From the NCBI GenBank assembly GCA_001510075.1, contig LFEN01000034.1, forward strand, positions 354 to 64,353: 64,000 nt of DNA, read 5' to 3'. The translations under genes and the position numbers were made by a program. This DNA comes from Alphaproteobacteria bacterium casp-alpha2. GTDB taxonomy: Bacteria; Pseudomonadota; Alphaproteobacteria; Rhodospirillales; Casp-alpha2. The notes under the pieces are model-generated. The model was not told the DNA's origin. It saw only the letters and a list, made by a program, of their open reading frames with translations, and did no database searches. Of this stretch, positions 63,938-64,000 are shown piece after piece (position 1 is the first letter of the stretch; each line of letters begins with the position of its first letter).

Positions 63938-64000
63938 GCGTATATTTCTACCCCCTAACCCCCGAATAGACCAGCACAGAAAGGCTCAAGACGGACGAAG

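Noticed and set aside
1-64000. Search for CRISPR arrays, IS elements/transposases, integrases, phage or toxin-antitoxin/defence gene pairs
   Set aside because: None were found by eye. The only repeats are short tandem units (9 and 12 nt) and low-complexity coding runs. The RHH_4 protein at 60196-60438 has no toxin-like partner (its neighbour is a LysE exporter).

Overview
High-GC (roughly 60%), densely coding chromosomal segment. Gene content looks alphaproteobacterial, possibly Rhodospirillales-like (SspB-alpha adaptor, PAS_5/DUF1457, Cys-less L36, UbiTUV); this is an inference only. I can support about 60 protein genes, one tRNA-Val(GAC), one L36 gene missing from the ORF track, one strong sRNA candidate and several terminators and operator-like sites. 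I saw no transposase, integrase, phage gene or CRISPR array. Order of content: (1) 1-5.1 kb: TcuA-like flavoprotein 3' end, PrpF-family isomerase, two secreted serine proteases, azlCD. (2) 5.3-12.0 kb: a translationally coupled operon of glutamate-mutase-like AdoCbl mutase genes (S, L, E), a CoA-acylating aldehyde dehydrogenase and a two-subunit ADP-forming CoA ligase, with no methylaspartate ammonia-lyase in the window. The E subunit has two substrate-contacting residues replaced. This is my best candidate for an undescribed system. (3) 12.0-14.1 kb: TauE/SafE plus Na+-symporter (NSS) pair. (4) 14.2-18.9 kb: fumarate-reductase/SDH-like four-subunit complex with a two-subunit class-I Fe-S hydro-lyase embedded in the operon; the flavoprotein lacks the FAD-linking His. 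(5) 18.9-21.4 kb: ubiT-ubiU-ubiV (O2-independent ubiquinone synthesis) behind a perfect FNR-type palindrome. (6) 21.4-25.6 kb: redox/stress genes (VOC, CMD, SDR, cupin, Prx5-OxyR). (7) 25.6-29.8 kb: taurine/sulfoacetaldehyde module (pta-xsc divergent from a Tpa-like aminotransferase). (8) 29.8-42.9 kb: dtd, DMT transporter, dimethylglycine-dehydrogenase-like enzyme, degenerate EAL protein, ThrC-family enzyme, FAH, orphan ORF, acyl-CoA dehydrogenase / MaoC hydratase / family-III CoA-transferase, SLT transglycosylase. (9) 43.1 kb: orphan promoter-to-terminator sRNA candidate. (10) 43.3-64 kb: GNAT, FGase, tRNA-Val, maiA, aldolase, PAS_5, DMT, methyltransferase, rpmJ, glcDEF plus paralogue plus glycerate kinase, 1285-aa AsmA-family protein, RHH, LysE, hydrolase, fumA, sspB. 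All functional calls come from reading the translated ORFs for family motifs. No database search was run.
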